Position numbers and translations under genes: made by a program. Below are positions 20,260 through 28,870 of a stretch of 64,000 bases of DNA, piece after piece (the stretch's first letter is position 1; the number at the start of each line of letters is the position of its first letter). The notes under the pieces are model-generated. The model was given only the letters and a program-made list of their open reading frames with translations, made no database searches and had not been told where the DNA came from. The DNA comes from an uncultured Eubacteriaceae bacterium (GTDB lineage: Bacteria; Bacillota; Clostridia; Eubacteriales; Garciellaceae), in assembly GCA_964533275.1 (NCBI GenBank), contig CAZHJK010000011.1, positions 5,572-69,571 of the forward strand, written 5' to 3'.

Positions 20260-20297
20260 GGGATGGTGACTATTATATACCAATAGGTCACCGTCCC
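20260..20297. repeat. Inverted doublet of the REP-like element forming a hairpin between convergent genes (likely bidirectional terminator)
   Basis: gggatggtgac - 15 nt - gtcaccgtccc. Immediately followed by a perfect 14-nt tandem duplication, ccctatttgtttat x2 (20295-20322). Confidence 0.75.
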
Positions 20298-20318
20298 TAT
20301 TTGTTTATCCCTATTTGT

Positions 20319-21038
20319 TTATCTTTGCTTTTTCTTAAGAGTAATTCCTGCTGTTACAATAGCTGCGCCAGCTAGGAAGAATAATGCAGCTGGGGTTCCA
20401 CCAGTTTGTGGTAGTTTGGCACCACCTAATGGTACATCTTCATCTTCAATGATTACTACATCCTCGTCAGGATCTTCAGCAGGTCCTAGGGGTGGATCCT
20501 CATCTTCAATAAGTAATATTTCTTCACCTGAAATTGTGAAAATCCACCTATTACTATGGCTTAATCCCATAAATTCATTTCCAGTTTCTAGTCCTGGCAA
20601 AGATGCTTCAACATTCAATTCTTGGACATCCCCTGGTTGGAATAGGCCAAGAAAAATACCATCTTCTGAGGCAAAATCTATCATTTTACCTTCATGTATA
20701 ACATCCTCTTCTAAAGTAACTTTCATTTGAATTTGCTTATATAAATCAGGTTCTTCCTCAAGTGGTTCTTCATCTAATCTTTCTGCTCTTAAATATATCT
20801 CTACTTCATTAACATAATTATTTGCAATAGTTAAATTACTGGTTATTGAATCTCCAGGTGTCATATTTAATATATTTATAAGATTTTGATCTTGGGGTAT
20901 TATTTCAAATTCTAAATCCTTACTCTCTACACTTAAATCATTTGCAAATACAGAAGTAGTAAATACCATTGAAAGAACTGCTATTAACACAAATAAGCTT
21001 AAAAATATATTTTTCTTTTTCTTTATTTTTATTATCAT
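20319..21038 (-). CDS. LPXTG (LPQTG) cell-wall-anchored protein with a TasA-like beta-sandwich-type N-domain and an acidic repeat
   Basis: Signal peptide. C-terminal LPQTGG plus a hydrophobic stretch plus KKKQR. Internal repeat IEDEDxPLGxA x2. AAGGAGGG RBS. Confidence 0.85.
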   Translation of the reverse strand: MIIKIKKKKNIFLSLFVLIAVLSMVFTTSVFANDLSVESKDLEFEIIPQDQNLINILNMTPGDSITSNLTIANNYVNEVEIYLRAERLDEEPLEEEPDLYKQIQMKVTLEEDVIHEGKMIDFASEDGIFLGLFQPGDVQELNVEASLPGLETGNEFMGLSHSNRWIFTISGEEILLIEDEDPPLGPAEDPDEDVVIIEDEDVPLGGAKLPQTGGTPAALFFLAGAAIVTAGITLKKKQR

Positions 21039-21087
21039 TTACAACCCTCCTTTATAAGGCTAAGACCTTAAGGTATTTTTTAGGGCT

Positions 21088-21660
21088 TTACCAATCTGAT
21101 GTATCTACTCCCCATTGAGTTTCTGCTGCATCATTTGTAGCTTGTATACCTTCAGCAATTACTTCAATAGAAAAGCTAGCATTTGCATAATTATTATCTA
21201 TTTCTGTACTAAAGATTAATCCATCAAGCAGTTTTGAAGTTTCCTCACCTTCTTCAAGAATTTCCTTGTAGTAATACCATCCATCTATTAATATCCAATT
21301 ATCCAAATCAAGGTCTAGCTCAACTAAATTTATGTCTAGGGGTACAAGATTTTGTCCTTCTTCTACTTCTTCTGGATCCCAGCTTGGAATTAGCTGTACT
21401 CTTACATAAGTATCTATTGAACCCTGGCTAGAAACGAAAACATTTTTATCAAATTCATCACCAGGAGTTATATTTTCGATACCTTCCTCAACAGGGAAGT
21501 CTTCTTCTCCTAATAAATCATGTAGAGTAATGGCAACATCGCCAGTTACAAAGGTATTGGTAACCTCGCCTTCATCTGTAAAGAATGCTAGAGTGGCTCC
21601 TATAATGGTAAGAGCAAATACTAAAGTTGTTGCAATTAATATCATAATATTTTTTTTCAT
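21088..21660 (-). CDS. TasA/camelysin-family protein with a SipW-dependent-type signal peptide (paralogue 3)
   Basis: N-terminus MKKN...IGATLAFFTDEGEVTNTFVTGDV matches the SipW-cognate signal class. C-terminal GIQA motif. AGGAGG RBS. Confidence 0.8.
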   Translation of the reverse strand: MKKNIMILIATTLVFALTIIGATLAFFTDEGEVTNTFVTGDVAITLHDLLGEEDFPVEEGIENITPGDEFDKNVFVSSQGSIDTYVRVQLIPSWDPEEVEEGQNLVPLDINLVELDLDLDNWILIDGWYYYKEILEEGEETSKLLDGLIFSTEIDNNYANASFSIEVIAEGIQATNDAAETQWGVDTSDW

Positions 21661-21693
21661 ATAGTTTTCTCCTCCTTTTTCTAAGTTTTTAAA

Positions 21694-21731
21694 AGCTAGG
21701 GTAGGGCGTTTAAGCCCTACACCTATGCTAG
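21694..21731 (-). terminator. Intra-operon hairpin (possible partial terminator/attenuator) after TasA-like paralogue 2
   Basis: On the minus strand: tagcataggtgtagggc ttaaac gccctaccctagc, followed by only a weak UUU tract. Confidence 0.4.
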
Positions 21732-21765
21732 AATTTTAAGACAAATGCTATTATACTTGAGACTA

Positions 21766-22365
21766 TTATGGTGCCATTAAATCATCTAATTCTGACTTAG
21801 CATCGGTAAAATCAACACCTTCTGCTTGAACTGCATATGCCATGATTTCGATATCAAATTCTTTTAAATCTTCATAGCTTACATTATCAATAGTTACATT
21901 ATCAAATAAGCTGGATGTTTCATCGCCAGCTCCTACTTCAGTTTTAAAGTAGAATACTGTATTTGAACCATCCTTTTCTTCCCAATTGCTATCAAAGATG
22001 ATACTAGCAAAGGCATCTAATTCAGCAAAGGAAGAAATATCTTTTCCATAATCTAGCTTAATAGCTACCCAAACATTATCATTACTGGTGTTTTTAACCA
22101 TTGGATCCTTTGGTATCTCACGACCTGGGAGGATATTTAATGCTAAATCCTCACCAAGAGCAACATCCTCTTCGGATACATCTTCACCATCATAATCTAA
22201 ACCATCAAATAGTGGTTCTGCAAGTGCTATAGAAATGTTATCGCCTACAGTAAAGGTATTTACTTTTTCCTCTGAAGTTGCTGTAAAGTAAGCAAAGGTA
22301 ACTCCTGCTATTAAAACTGTACTTAATATTAAAGATATCATTATCATAGTTGTTCTTTTTTTCAT
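21766..22365 (-). CDS. TasA/camelysin-family protein with a SipW-dependent-type signal peptide (paralogue 2)
   Basis: MKKRT...AGVTFAYFTATSEEKVNTFTVGD. C-terminal AVQAEG. AGGAGG RBS. Confidence 0.8.
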   Translation of the reverse strand: MKKRTTMIMISLILSTVLIAGVTFAYFTATSEEKVNTFTVGDNISIALAEPLFDGLDYDGEDVSEEDVALGEDLALNILPGREIPKDPMVKNTSNDNVWVAIKLDYGKDISSFAELDAFASIIFDSNWEEKDGSNTVFYFKTEVGAGDETSSLFDNVTIDNVSYEDLKEFDIEIMAYAVQAEGVDFTDAKSELDDLMAP

Positions 22366-22394
22366 TTTTAAAGCCTCCTAGTTTTTTATTTTGC

Positions 22395-22898
22395 CTAATG
22401 TTTAGGCTGTTTTTTTACTTTGATTTTAATTAATTCTGGAATAATGGTGATAAAAACCATTATTATTAAAATACTTCCTACTACTATGATGCCTTGTGTG
22501 GTTTTAATATAGGCTATAGCATATCCTAGGTAGGGAATACTAAATACTGCTTTTCCAACCAATCTTTCAAAGGCTACAGGACCATCCACTGCATTATTGG
22601 CATCACCCTTTGTTATAAATTGCTTTTTTGTATTATCGATACTAACTACACGATGGGTTATTAGTTTTGTGCTATTTCCTGTCATTGTGTAGGTTATAAT
22701 ATCTCCAGTGGAAATATTCTCAGGGATAGATGGTTTAACATATGTCATGCTTCCCACCTGGAGACTTGGTTCCATACTGCCACTTAGTACAACAAATGGC
22801 TTATATCCTAATAGAGAAGGACCAATCAAGGCTAGGGATACTAATATCATTAAAGTTAGAATAATTATAGTTATCTTGTTATAGAGTTTTTTAATCAT
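22395..22898 (-). CDS. sipW: Signal peptidase I, SipW (ER/archaeal) type
   Basis: SGSMEPSL (Ser), THRVV (His), plus a C-terminal TM anchor as in SipW. AAGGAGGGGG RBS. Confidence 0.85.
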   Translation of the reverse strand: MIKKLYNKITIIILTLMILVSLALIGPSLLGYKPFVVLSGSMEPSLQVGSMTYVKPSIPENISTGDIITYTMTGNSTKLITHRVVSIDNTKKQFITKGDANNAVDGPVAFERLVGKAVFSIPYLGYAIAYIKTTQGIIVVGSILIIMVFITIIPELIKIKVKKQPKH

Positions 22899-22918
22899 TT
22901 ATGTCCCCCTCCTTAGGT

Positions 22919-23533
22919 TTAAGGTTGTTCTAATTGATTTGCCAAAGCTTGTCCCCATGCATCTTCTGCTGCTCCACCTTCAGCTTGTATTGCATCTGAT
23001 AGTACTTCAAGCTGGAAGCTAGACCATAGGTCAATATCTGAAACCTCTACACTTTCAAGGAGTATAGCTGTCTTAATACCTGGCTGCACGATGTCTATGT
23101 GGTAGAAGTATCCATTGTCGAAAATCCAGTTGCTATCCCATCCGTCTATAAGATGTAATGTTATAGTGCCGTCGTCTGGAGATGTTATGGTTACTATATT
23201 GCTACTTGGGTCTAGGGACATATTACCAGCTAATGTTCCTTCATTTGTTCTAAAGGTAGGTACTAGCATAACTCGGATGTAGGCGTCTACCTCATGGGGA
23301 TTATTTACATTTAGTACTTCAACTATTTTACTTGTAACATCTTCATCAGGTGTAAGTATTTCCGTGTTATCTGAATCCTCATTATTTTCAATGATTGTTG
23401 TGGTGAGGACTCCAGGTACAAAGGAATTTACTTTCGCTTGGCTTTCAGTAGAAAGTAAGGCATAGGTTGCACCTGTCATAGCTAGGATAACAACTAATAC
23501 ATATGAAATGATTATAATAGTTTTTTTATTCAT
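22919..23533 (-). CDS. TasA/camelysin-family protein with a SipW-dependent-type signal peptide (paralogue 1)
   Basis: MNKKT...TGATYALLSTESQAKVNSF. C-terminal AIQAEG. TAATG overlap with the upstream vWA gene. Confidence 0.8.
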   Translation of the reverse strand: MNKKTIIIISYVLVVILAMTGATYALLSTESQAKVNSFVPGVLTTTIIENNEDSDNTEILTPDEDVTSKIVEVLNVNNPHEVDAYIRVMLVPTFRTNEGTLAGNMSLDPSSNIVTITSPDDGTITLHLIDGWDSNWIFDNGYFYHIDIVQPGIKTAILLESVEVSDIDLWSSFQLEVLSDAIQAEGGAAEDAWGQALANQLEQP

Positions 23534-25800
23534 TAGTTGTCACCTCCTATAAATTTGTTTATTACCCAATCAATGCTGGTAAGCCATTTTATGGGTTTTG
23601 ATTTATTTTCAAAGCTAGTCACTGCAAGATCTTTATTGATATCATGGTCACCATTTTCATCCATTCCAAGAGTATCACTAATTAGTACGGCTCCCACTGG
23701 ATCGTATTGCCATGACCAGTCTGTTTTTTCTTCTACCTCATAATATCCCTTTGGTAGATTAATAATTTCTCTAGTTTCAGTTGAACCATTAATTACTCTT
23801 ATGGTTTCGTAGAAGGTCTTTACTAGAGTTGTCTTTCCCATATCTTCGAATTGCTTAATCTCAAAGACAAAGGTCTGATTAGGATCATGCTGCCCCTCAC
23901 CATCATCAATTGTCTTTTTAATGGTCAGAGTACCTGGGATTACAATTACAGTATAGGTGCCTTCAACTATTTTTTCTGTTGCTAATGTTCCAACTGCTGG
24001 ATGATAGGTATCATCGGGATTAACTATATAATCTATTGGTGTTGCTGTGATAGTAAGATCATAATCTGTAGTATTTTCTGGTTTATCATTATCTGCGTAA
24101 TCTGGATCCCAAGTGTAATCTAGCATTCCGTTTGGATAGTCGTAGTTGACTAATTCCTCCTCTATCATTTCGCCTTGTGCTGTTGACTTACTACGAGGGA
24201 TACCTTCTCCTAGGAATATGGTATCTTCTATATCTGTAATGTTCAGCTTAAAGGGCACATTTACCAATGGATTTGGGAAGCTACCAACTTTAATTTCATC
24301 ATCTTCTTGATTTATTACATATACAGCTGAAATATTTTTAATATTAGTTGGGATATTATTGCCTCCAATAAAGTCTGGTTTAGGTTTTATATAAAGACTA
24401 CCTTGAAAAACTACTTCATCTCCTGCTCCTTCAGAAGTTTCTGGAGCAATCATCTGTGGGGGCCACTCCATATACACCCCATTAGTATCAGTTTTTAAGG
24501 TCCCGGTGTTATTACCAATAGTAAGTGTATCTCCAATATCTAACACATTTCCTTCATCATCTACAACATCAAATCTTTGATCAATATAATCTCTTACAAC
24601 TGCATTTTCTAGTGTTTCACCTAATTGCTCTGAGATTTCTCCAAAGATGTCACTTAAGCCTTGGAAGGTATCTGTAGTTTTATAATGATTTTCGCTTCCG
24701 TTTGGAAGTGGATCATTTGGTACGGGACTAAAGCCACCTGGCAACGTTCCAGGATATGGATTATTACTAGATACATTCCACATATGTGGATCTAAAGCAT
24801 TAGCCTTATCATATATTCCTATAGTATAAATGATTGTGCCATGTATACCTTTAAGGCTATCAGCAAAACCATATTCACTACTCCCATTACCCCAATTAGA
24901 ATGACCAGCTATTAGTAAGACATAGCGTGGGCGAGTGGGTGAACCTAGGGAATTGAATTTACTTAAGGCTACAGATAAACCATTATCTACAGCAACTCGA
25001 CTGCTAGGGTTAAAAGCATCTATTTCATTTTCTAAATCTGTTTTTTGAGTACCTACGGTTAACCAATCTGTAGAGGTTGTCCCACTGGGTTTAGAGTTTA
25101 TGACTACCATTTTGCTGGTAGGAGCGATTTGTGCTAAGTTATCCACAAAATCTTTAGCTGCTGTCTTTAAACCATTTTCTACAGTATTATCGCCTGAAGA
25201 CATATCCATATTGCCATTTAAACTACTAGAATTATCTAAGATTAGAACTATGTCTCCAGCTCCATCACTTGTTACAATATTAGAAGTTGCTTCTGCAGTT
25301 AGATCAATTTTAAATATTTGTCTTCCATCAGCATCTGAAGCACCAAATACACTAGCTGTTTTACTTAGTATTAAGCCGTTTTCTTCCGGGTCAACATATT
25401 CTAATGGTTCAGATGAATTAATTTGCATTATAGATTGTAAAATGGGAAAACCAAATGTTGAGTATGGTTTCCAAACCTCTTGTTCTTCTTTCTTTATTTC
25501 TTCTTCTTGAGTTTGCATGTCGGAATTTTCAATAGGAATTTCTTCATTATCTTCCTCTGGATCTTCAACAATTTCTTCTTCTGGGAGATTCTCTATAGGA
25601 GATGAATTTTCAGGTTCTTCTTCTAGATTTTCTTCCTCAGGTTCAGTTAATTGTGATGATATTTCATTTAATGGACTATCTGTTTCCTGTGCTATAGCTA
25701 CTAATGAAGAGGTTCCCAATGATATAAGTAGTAACAATGTTGTAACTATGCTAGTAATTTTTTTGTAATTTACTAATTTCTTGAACTTTCTAAATTTCAT
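23533..25800 (-). CDS. Secreted von Willebrand factor A (vWA) domain protein with an acidic linker and a C-terminal Cna-B/prealbumin-like domain (candidate tip adhesin)
   Basis: Signal/TM at the N-terminus and a Glu-rich region. MIDAS DxSxS (ILDNSSS). C-terminal GYYEVEEKTDWSWQY-type fold motif. No LPXTG. AGGAAGGTGG RBS. Confidence 0.75.
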   Translation of the reverse strand: MKFRKFKKLVNYKKITSIVTTLLLLISLGTSSLVAIAQETDSPLNEISSQLTEPEEENLEEEPENSSPIENLPEEEIVEDPEEDNEEIPIENSDMQTQEEEIKKEEQEVWKPYSTFGFPILQSIMQINSSEPLEYVDPEENGLILSKTASVFGASDADGRQIFKIDLTAEATSNIVTSDGAGDIVLILDNSSSLNGNMDMSSGDNTVENGLKTAAKDFVDNLAQIAPTSKMVVINSKPSGTTSTDWLTVGTQKTDLENEIDAFNPSSRVAVDNGLSVALSKFNSLGSPTRPRYVLLIAGHSNWGNGSSEYGFADSLKGIHGTIIYTIGIYDKANALDPHMWNVSSNNPYPGTLPGGFSPVPNDPLPNGSENHYKTTDTFQGLSDIFGEISEQLGETLENAVVRDYIDQRFDVVDDEGNVLDIGDTLTIGNNTGTLKTDTNGVYMEWPPQMIAPETSEGAGDEVVFQGSLYIKPKPDFIGGNNIPTNIKNISAVYVINQEDDEIKVGSFPNPLVNVPFKLNITDIEDTIFLGEGIPRSKSTAQGEMIEEELVNYDYPNGMLDYTWDPDYADNDKPENTTDYDLTITATPIDYIVNPDDTYHPAVGTLATEKIVEGTYTVIVIPGTLTIKKTIDDGEGQHDPNQTFVFEIKQFEDMGKTTLVKTFYETIRVINGSTETREIINLPKGYYEVEEKTDWSWQYDPVGAVLISDTLGMDENGDHDINKDLAVTSFENKSKPIKWLTSIDWVINKFIGGDN

Positions 25801-25895
25801 TGGTTTTTCACCACCTTCCTAATTTTTTAATTCTTTGCTGTAGAAACTTAAACTTTTCATGGGCATTCATCCTTTTTTATTTTTAATTAAGTAAA

Positions 25896-26000
25896 TAAAA
25901 AAGCTGCCAAATATATTTGGCAGCTGAACCGTCGTAGTATAAATACCTTAGACTTCAAACTTTGCGTCCTTATCTTTCGATAAGTTTGCCTTTATCAAAT
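25896..26000 (-). promoter_or_regulatory. c-di-GMP-I (GEMM-I) riboswitch, operon-proximal copy, with its own intrinsic terminator
   Basis: The minus strand reads AAAGGCAAACUUAUCGAAAGAUAAGGACGCAAAGUUUGAAGUCUAAGG...ACGACGGUUCAGCUGCCAAAUAUAUUUGGCAGCUUUUUU. GGCAAAC, the GAAA tetraloop hairpin, GGACGCAAAG and UCUAA match the Vc2-type consensus. Confidence 0.8.
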
Positions 26001-26088
26001 TTAGATTTATTATATTATTTTAGAATTTAATATTTTATACTAATTCCTCCTTTCATACACTATTAACACTTAGTTAAAGTGCTTAATA

Positions 26089-26197
26089 AAAAACCAAAAG
26101 CTGCCAAAATTAATTTGGCAGCTGAACCGTCATAGTACAAGACTTTAGACTTCGAGCTTTGCGCCCTTATCTTTCGATAAGTTTGCCTTTGTCAAAT
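26089..26197 (-). promoter_or_regulatory. c-di-GMP-I (GEMM-I) riboswitch, distal copy, with its own intrinsic terminator
   Basis: Second ~100-nt copy (GGCAAACUUAUCGAAAGAUAAGGGCGCAAAGCUCGAAGUCUAAAG...CAGCUGCCAAAUUAAUUUUGGCAGCUUUUGGUUUUUU). Differences from the proximal copy fall mostly in loops or stem positions. Confidence 0.8.
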
Positions 26198-26387
26198 AAG
26201 TAGTATTTAATTCTTACTAAATATATCTATTTACTATGCTTAGGAATATATATACACTGGAAATTTTTGTTTAAACACAATTTTTATTAGTTATTAAGTT
26301 AACAAGTTTTATTTTGGACTGACACAAATGTATGTATGTGGTAATATAATATAAATAACTCTTTGTTTCTTTATGAAAATAAAAACA

Positions 26388-26505
26388 AACTGAACAGGCG
26401 ATGGACGCTTTTGCGTTTCATAGTGGCCGGGCTATCATATGATAGCAGCAGATGATATTTACATCTGTGGGACAGAATTAATATTGTTCCATAGATGTTT
26501 TTTAT
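26388..26505 (+). promoter_or_regulatory. NiCo (czcD-motif) riboswitch with an overlapping terminator
   Basis: CUGAACAGGCGAUGGACGC...CAUAGUGGCCGGGC...GCAGCAGAUGAUAUUUACAUCUGUGGGACAG matches my recollection of the czcD motif. The terminator acatctgtgggaca / tgttccatagatgt + TTTTTT shares its 5' arm with the aptamer's 3' end. A CDF gene lies downstream. Confidence 0.7.
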
Positions 26506-26574
26506 TTAATATGAAAAGTTACTTTCGTATTAAATAAAAAACTTCTTATAGAATCATTTGGAGGTATATTATTT

Positions 26575-27477
26575 ATGAAAAAAGAAAATCAACAATTTAA
26601 TAATCAGCAAATTGCAATGAGGATATCAACAGCCACTATTATTGTTAATCTAGTGCTATCAATATTAAAGTTTTTTGCGGGAATATTAGCTAATTCAGGA
26701 GCAATGATATCAGATGCAGTTCATTCAGCATCAGATGTATTCAGTACATTTATTGTAATTATAGGAGTAAATATTTCTAATAAAAAGTCAGATGAGAAGC
26801 ATCAATATGGGCATGAACGGTTAGAATGTGTTGCAGCTATTATATTAGCAATTATTTTATTAGCTACTGGAATAGGCATAGGGCTTAACGGACTGAATAA
26901 AATTTTTAATAAAAATTATGGAAAGCTTCTGATTCCAGGGCTTTTAGCATTAATTACGGCAATAGTATCTATTATTATAAAAGAATGGATGTATTGGTAT
27001 ACAAGGGCAGCTGCTAAAAGGATTAATTCTGGTGCTCTTATGGCAGATGCTTGGCACCACCGTTCTGATGCACTGTCATCAGTAGGTAGTTTTATTGGTA
27101 TTTTTGGTGCTAGACTTGGGTTTCCTATTCTTGATCCAATCGCCAGTGTTATTATATGTTTATTTATTGGTAAAGCAGCATTTGATATTTTTAAGGATTC
27201 TATAGAAAAATTAGTAGATAAATCCTGTAATGAAGAAGTTGTTAAGTTAATGAGGAAGGTAATTTTAGAGCAAGAGGGAGTACTTGGTATTGATGAAATA
27301 AAAACCAGAATGTTTGGTTCAAAAGTATATGTTGATATTGAAATTGCTGCTGATGGAAGCAAATCACTAAATGATACCCATGACATTGCAGAAGCAGTTC
27401 ATAACTCCATTGAAAAGGAGTTTTCAATGGTTAAACATTGTATGGTACATGTAAACCCTAGAGATTACAGGAAATAA
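26575..27477 (+). CDS. Cation diffusion facilitator (CDF) family divalent-metal efflux transporter
   Basis: 6 TM with metal-site motifs (SDAVHSASD, HHRSDALSS) and a C-terminal cytoplasmic domain. GGAGG RBS. Confidence 0.9.
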   Translation: MKKENQQFNNQQIAMRISTATIIVNLVLSILKFFAGILANSGAMISDAVHSASDVFSTFIVIIGVNISNKKSDEKHQYGHERLECVAAIILAIILLATGIGIGLNGLNKIFNKNYGKLLIPGLLALITAIVSIIIKEWMYWYTRAAAKRINSGALMADAWHHRSDALSSVGSFIGIFGARLGFPILDPIASVIICLFIGKAAFDIFKDSIEKLVDKSCNEEVVKLMRKVILEQEGVLGIDEIKTRMFGSKVYVDIEIAADGSKSLNDTHDIAEAVHNSIEKEFSMVKHCMVHVNPRDYRK

Positions 27478-27649
27478 TATTAAAATTTTTATTATATTCC
27501 CTATGCTAGTGAGATAGGGGATTTTTTTAGGATAAAGAAGGAATAACTTCTAAAATATAGAAGATTATTAACATAACAATAAAAATAAATATTTATAATT
27601 ATTCTGGTGTTAAAAATAATAAATTAATTAAATTAATGGGGGCTAAGAT

Positions 27650-28753
27650 ATGGGAAAATCAAAGGTATATTTTACTACTATGCACGCAACATTAAAAGAA
27701 AATTTGCAACAAAAGCTATATCGTCTAATAAAAACAGCAGGAGTAGAACAAATAGATTTTAAAAACAAATATACTGCAATAAAAATTCATTTTGGTGAGC
27801 CGGGTAATTTAGCATATTTACGTCCTAATTATGCAAGAACCGTTGTGGATATTGTAAAAGAGCTAAATGGAAAACCTTTTTTGACTGATTGTAATACTCT
27901 ATATGTTGGGGGTAGAAAAAATGCACTTGATCATATAGAGTCTGCTTATATGAATGGATTTTCCCCCTTCTCTACGGGATGTCATATATTGATCGGAGAT
28001 GGGTTGAAGGGTACCGATGAAGCTCTGGTTCCAGTTGATGGTGGAACATATGTAAAAGAGGCTAAAATCGGGCGTGCAATCATGGATGCAGATATAATTA
28101 TTTCCTTAAGTCATTTTAAGTGTCACGAGGCAACTGGAATTGGTGGTGCTTTGAAAAATATAGGCATGGGTTGTGGTTCACGGGCTGGAAAGATGGAGAT
28201 GCATAGTAGTGGGAAACCATATATAAAGGAAGAAAAATGTATAAGCTGTGGTATGTGTGTTAAAAACTGTGCACATGATGCAATTAGTATTACTTCTAGT
28301 GCTGTTATTGACCAGAACATTTGTGTAGGATGCGGTCGTTGTATAGGTATCTGTCCACAGGATGCTGTTCGTGCAGCACATGATGAAGCTTTCAATATTT
28401 TAAATAAAAAAATTGTAGAATATTCATGTGCAGTGCTCAAAGGTCGTCCGCATTTTCATGTGAGTCTAGTTATTGATGTATCTCCCTTCTGTGACTGTCA
28501 TCGGGAAAATGATATTCCTATTGTTCCAGATGTAGGAATGTTTGCTTCTTTTGATCCTGTTGCATTAGATATTGCATGTTCGGATGCAGTAAATAGACAA
28601 CCTGCTATAAAGGGCAGTCTTCTCGATAAAAATGGACATAAACATAAAGATCACTTTACAGATGTAAGTCCGGAAACAGACTGGAAGGTTGCAATTGATT
28701 ATGCAGTAGAGATGAACTTAGGCAGAAAGGAATATGAATTAATCACTATATAA
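27650..28753 (+). CDS. DUF362-family protein with an inserted 2x[4Fe-4S] ferredoxin domain
   Basis: CISCGMCVKNCAHDAI and CVGCGRCIGICPQDAV. The flanking sequence is typical of DUF362 proteins. Confidence 0.7.
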   Translation: MGKSKVYFTTMHATLKENLQQKLYRLIKTAGVEQIDFKNKYTAIKIHFGEPGNLAYLRPNYARTVVDIVKELNGKPFLTDCNTLYVGGRKNALDHIESAYMNGFSPFSTGCHILIGDGLKGTDEALVPVDGGTYVKEAKIGRAIMDADIIISLSHFKCHEATGIGGALKNIGMGCGSRAGKMEMHSSGKPYIKEEKCISCGMCVKNCAHDAISITSSAVIDQNICVGCGRCIGICPQDAVRAAHDEAFNILNKKIVEYSCAVLKGRPHFHVSLVIDVSPFCDCHRENDIPIVPDVGMFASFDPVALDIACSDAVNRQPAIKGSLLDKNGHKHKDHFTDVSPETDWKVAIDYAVEMNLGRKEYELITI

Positions 28754-28870
28754 TAATACAGAGGATAAATTTAAATATTGATCTCACAAATATTAGTTTG
28801 AGGGATCAATATTTATGAAAACATTATTTAAAGACATATAAGATAAAGAAAGCGTCGTGGTGGATAGAGT

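Noticed and set aside
25808-25870. 20-codon upstream ORF (MNAHEKFKFLQQRIKKLGRW) in the leader between the proximal riboswitch and the vWA gene
   Set aside because: Its ATG abuts the only purine-rich stretch with no spacer, and nothing else supports translation. I note only that its stop lies 7 nt before the vWA start.
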